Source of the DNA: Euryarchaeota archaeon Ods02
GTDB taxonomy: Archaea > Halobacteriota > Halobacteria > Halobacteriales > Halorutilaceae
DNA length: 24,000 nucleotides
Direction: 5' to 3'
NCBI GenBank assembly: GCA_028751075.1
Contig: JAQZDA010000001.1
Span: forward strand, 84,005-108,004
Each line of letters opens with the position of its first letter. Position 1 is the first letter of the stretch. This document shows positions 23,122-24,000 of this stretch, piece by piece. The notes under the pieces were generated by a model that saw only the letters and a program-made list of their open reading frames with translations, searched no databases and was not told where the DNA came from. The translations under genes were made by a program, and so were the position numbers.

Positions 23122-23574
23122 ATGGAGGAGCTCCGCATCCGCCCGATACGTGACGGCACCGTCATCGACCACATCGAACGCGGGAGAGCATTGGAGGTGT
23201 TGAAGATACTCGGCGTGGATTCGTCGACCCGGGACGTCGTCAGCGTCGCGATGAACGTCTCCAGCGAGAAGATGGGGGCGAAGGACGTGGTGAAGGTCGA
23301 GGGCCGGGAGATAGGTTCGACAGAGACGGACATCATCGCCCTGATAGCGCCGGAGGCGACGGTTAACGTCGTCAGGGAGTACGAGGTGACGGAGAAGTAC
23401 GTGGTGTCGATGCCGGACGAGATAACCGGTGTCCTGACGTGTCCGAACCCATCGTGCATCACTAACGGCGGTGAACCCGTGGAGACGTCGTTCGAGGTGG
23501 AGGATGACGGTGAACTGCGTTGTAGCTACTGTGACGAGGTTCTGGAGGACGAGGTTGCGGAGTACATCTCCTGA
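23122..23574 (+). CDS. pyrI: Aspartate carbamoyltransferase regulatory subunit
   Basis: MEELRIRPIRDGTVIDHI..., and a C-terminal zinc domain CPNPSCITN...CSYCDE. Start set at ATG 23122; the track start at 23062 overlaps the pyrB end and adds a basic, atypical peptide. Confidence 0.88.
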   Translation: MEELRIRPIRDGTVIDHIERGRALEVLKILGVDSSTRDVVSVAMNVSSEKMGAKDVVKVEGREIGSTETDIIALIAPEATVNVVREYEVTEKYVVSMPDEITGVLTCPNPSCITNGGEPVETSFEVEDDGELRCSYCDEVLEDEVAEYIS

Positions 23575-23585
23575 CCAATGAAAAG

Positions 23586-23600
23586 GCTTTTTGTTGTTCT
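23586..23600 (+). terminator. Oligo-T tract, candidate archaeal terminator of pyrBI
   Basis: GCTTTTTGTTGTTCT begins 12 nt after the pyrI stop. Archaeal termination typically uses oligo-T runs. Confidence 0.35.
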
Positions 23601-23621
23601 TCGAATACTCACAGCCACGCA

Positions 23622-24000
23622 ATGAACCGTCTCCCAGCCGCCGTTATCCTCATCGGAGCCCTCATCCTGCTGACGTTCCTCGCCCTAGACCCCGCTGCAG
23701 CGCAGACCCGAGAGGAGGTCCGGGGGTCACCGAGCTTCGAGCTCACGGCACAGGACAACAGGGTCTCCCCGGGTGAGTCCACGAACCTGAGGATCTCGGT
23801 CTCCAACGGCGGAGACCTATGGAGAGCGGGGCCTCAGGACATGGAGGACCGCGTGAAGACAGCCAGGAACACCAGGTTCTCGGTCAGGGAACGACGGATG
23901 AACGACGACATATACCTCCGGAGCGGTCCCGTGCTCCGCGGCACCGTCCCACAGGGTGTAGCGGAACCACTGGAGTTCCATCTCGAGTTCGACGAGGACA
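23622..24000 (+). CDS. Secreted/exported protein with N-terminal signal peptide (5' part; runs off window)
   Basis: Not in the ORF track because no stop is reached. My translation is MNRLPAAVILIGALILLTFLALDPAAAQTREEVRGSPSFELTAQDNRVSPGESTNLRISVSNGGDL..., open to 24000. It has a hydrophobic h-region followed by an AAAQ cleavage-like site. Confidence 0.6.
   Translation, partial: MNRLPAAVILIGALILLTFLALDPAAAQTREEVRGSPSFELTAQDNRVSPGESTNLRISVSNGGDLWRAGPQDMEDRVKTARNTRFSVRERRMNDDIYLRSGPVLRGTVPQGVAEPLEFHLEFDED

Overview
The window looks haloarchaeal (acidic proteins, GC3-rich core genes) and splits into two compositional domains. (A) 1 to ~15975 is lower-GC accessory DNA with lysine-richer proteins. 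It is the right-hand part of an integrated element: its tyrosine integrase (14818-15915, -) starts 60 nt from the 3' end of an intact tRNA-Leu(GAG) (15976-16060, -), and its left end lies outside the window. The element carries a maintenance module: an AEP primase-polymerase-like protein, a degenerate LAGLIDADG-like protein, a wHTH protein with a tandem palindromic operator, and a membrane zinc-ribbon protein. It also carries defence cargo. This is a tightly coupled seven-gene plus-strand operon (277-8529): wHTH regulator, hsdM, hsdS, TBP-like protein, small Arg-tailed membrane protein, hsdR, DUF45/M48-like metallopeptidase. A divergent pair follows: an unknown 305-aa protein and a PD-(D/E)xK/DUF4268 nuclease-like protein. 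(B) 16061-24000 is high-GC core chromosome. It holds a DUF4870-like membrane protein, a small TRASH-type zinc protein, a frameshifted PAS histidine kinase, purF, rpl37e (absent from the ORF track), a PUA protein, sepF, mbf1, tpiA, pyrB, pyrI and the 5' part of a secreted protein. The most unusual feature is the two-gene insert between hsdS and hsdR. It encodes a TATA-binding-protein-derived protein with one intact and one decayed repeat, plus a 3-TM protein with a poly-arginine tail. The position mirrors that of PrrC in the E. coli prr locus but the domain content is entirely different. I propose it as a candidate undescribed R-M-associated (guard/abortive or regulatory) module. All homology calls are by-eye motif recognition, and no searches were run.
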